A stretch of 63,212 bases of DNA, the filler included, from Octopus bimaculoides (taxonomy: Eukaryota): NCBI RefSeq assembly GCF_001194135.2. It is 7 parts of 6 records of this genome, joined end to end, with 100 filler letters (N's around TTAATTAATTAA, not from the genome) between each part and the next. Parts side by side here need not be neighbours in the genome. Positions count along the whole stretch, not along the records: positions 60,362 to 63,212 come from NC_068985.1; 6 more parts are not named here. The stretch is one strand, 5' to 3'. The translations under genes and the position numbers were made by a program. The notes under the pieces were generated by a model. The model saw only the letters and a list, made by a program, of their open reading frames with translations, was not told where the DNA came from and did no database searches. Below, one piece after another: positions 62,457-63,212 of the stretch (position 1 is its first letter; every line of letters starts with the position of its first letter).

Positions 62457-62949
62457 AGTGTAAATATTGTAAATATTTGTGTTTGTGCCATGCTTGTTTG
62501 TTTGTATGACAGTGTGTATGTGTCTGATTCTGAGTGGGTGTCAATGTACTATGCCTGTGTATCTACATGTGATTGACTCTGTATGTGTTTGTGTGTGAGA
62601 GAGAGGGAGAGAGAGAGAGACTATGTTTATGTGGCTATATCCGTTTGACTTTGTGTGACTGTGTGTGACTATGTGTGTGACTGTGTGACTATGTGTGTGA
62701 CTGTGCGTGTGACTGTGTATGTGTGTGTGCTGCTTTTGTTGTTGTTTAAGCCTCTGATGGAAGGCGTTCCAGCCGTCACCACCACCTCTTATTTGTTCTC
62801 AGCAACAGTGTATTGTCGACTACACTCTCCAATACGTCCGTCTGCTTTTGCCATGTTAGACTCTGATTTGGACGATATTCAACTGCTATTTCAAACAGGT
62901 TGGACATCTACATAGACGATTCTTCTTCCATGTATGTGTGTGTGTGTGG

Positions 62950-63026
<77 letters not shown>

Positions 63027-63212
63027 GGAGAGAGAGCGAGATCAAACATACAATCGATGTAAATACTAATTGTGTCACGTTCACCGGGGGTTTCTAGAAA
63101 CGCTTATTTCGCCATTGATTAGTGAAGGCGAGACAACAGTCAATTGGTATAGACAGTTGTTATGTTATAGTTGATGATGATGATGATGACGACGATGAGG
63201 TGGCAAATGGAA

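Overview
This is repeat-dominated animal genomic DNA, not prokaryotic. I infer an octopus (probably Octopus bimaculoides) from the tRNA-derived SINE families, RTE LINEs and extreme microsatellite density. The window is a concatenation of seven scaffold segments joined by six identical artificial 100-bp spacers (44 N + TTAATTAATTAA + 44 N), so adjacency across them is unreliable. Almost all listed ORFs are microsatellite or N-gap artefacts. Real host coding sequence is limited to three exons: one diacylglycerol kinase epsilon-like exon (41110-41246, minus) and two in-phase exons (52192-52505, 55479-55586, plus) of an uncharacterised protein with FN3/Ig-like 'WxGFxDxESGI' repeats. Mobile DNA includes two near-full-length decayed RTE LINEs in inverted orientation, further RTE fragments, an R4/Dong-like RLE retroelement 3' end and a Penelope GIY-YIG fragment. 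It also includes a non-autonomous Helitron with both termini nested in a Tigger-like MITE, two DD37D (maT) and one mariner transposase remnants, several MITEs and many SINEs. The most interesting signals are two minimal type-I hammerhead-ribozyme folds. One lies in each arm of a ~175-bp palindrome (7021-7194). The other lies in the 3' part of a tRNA-headed SINE (32969-33014), suggesting Penelope-derived, ribozyme-bearing non-autonomous retroelements. All alignments and folds were done by eye; none was computed.
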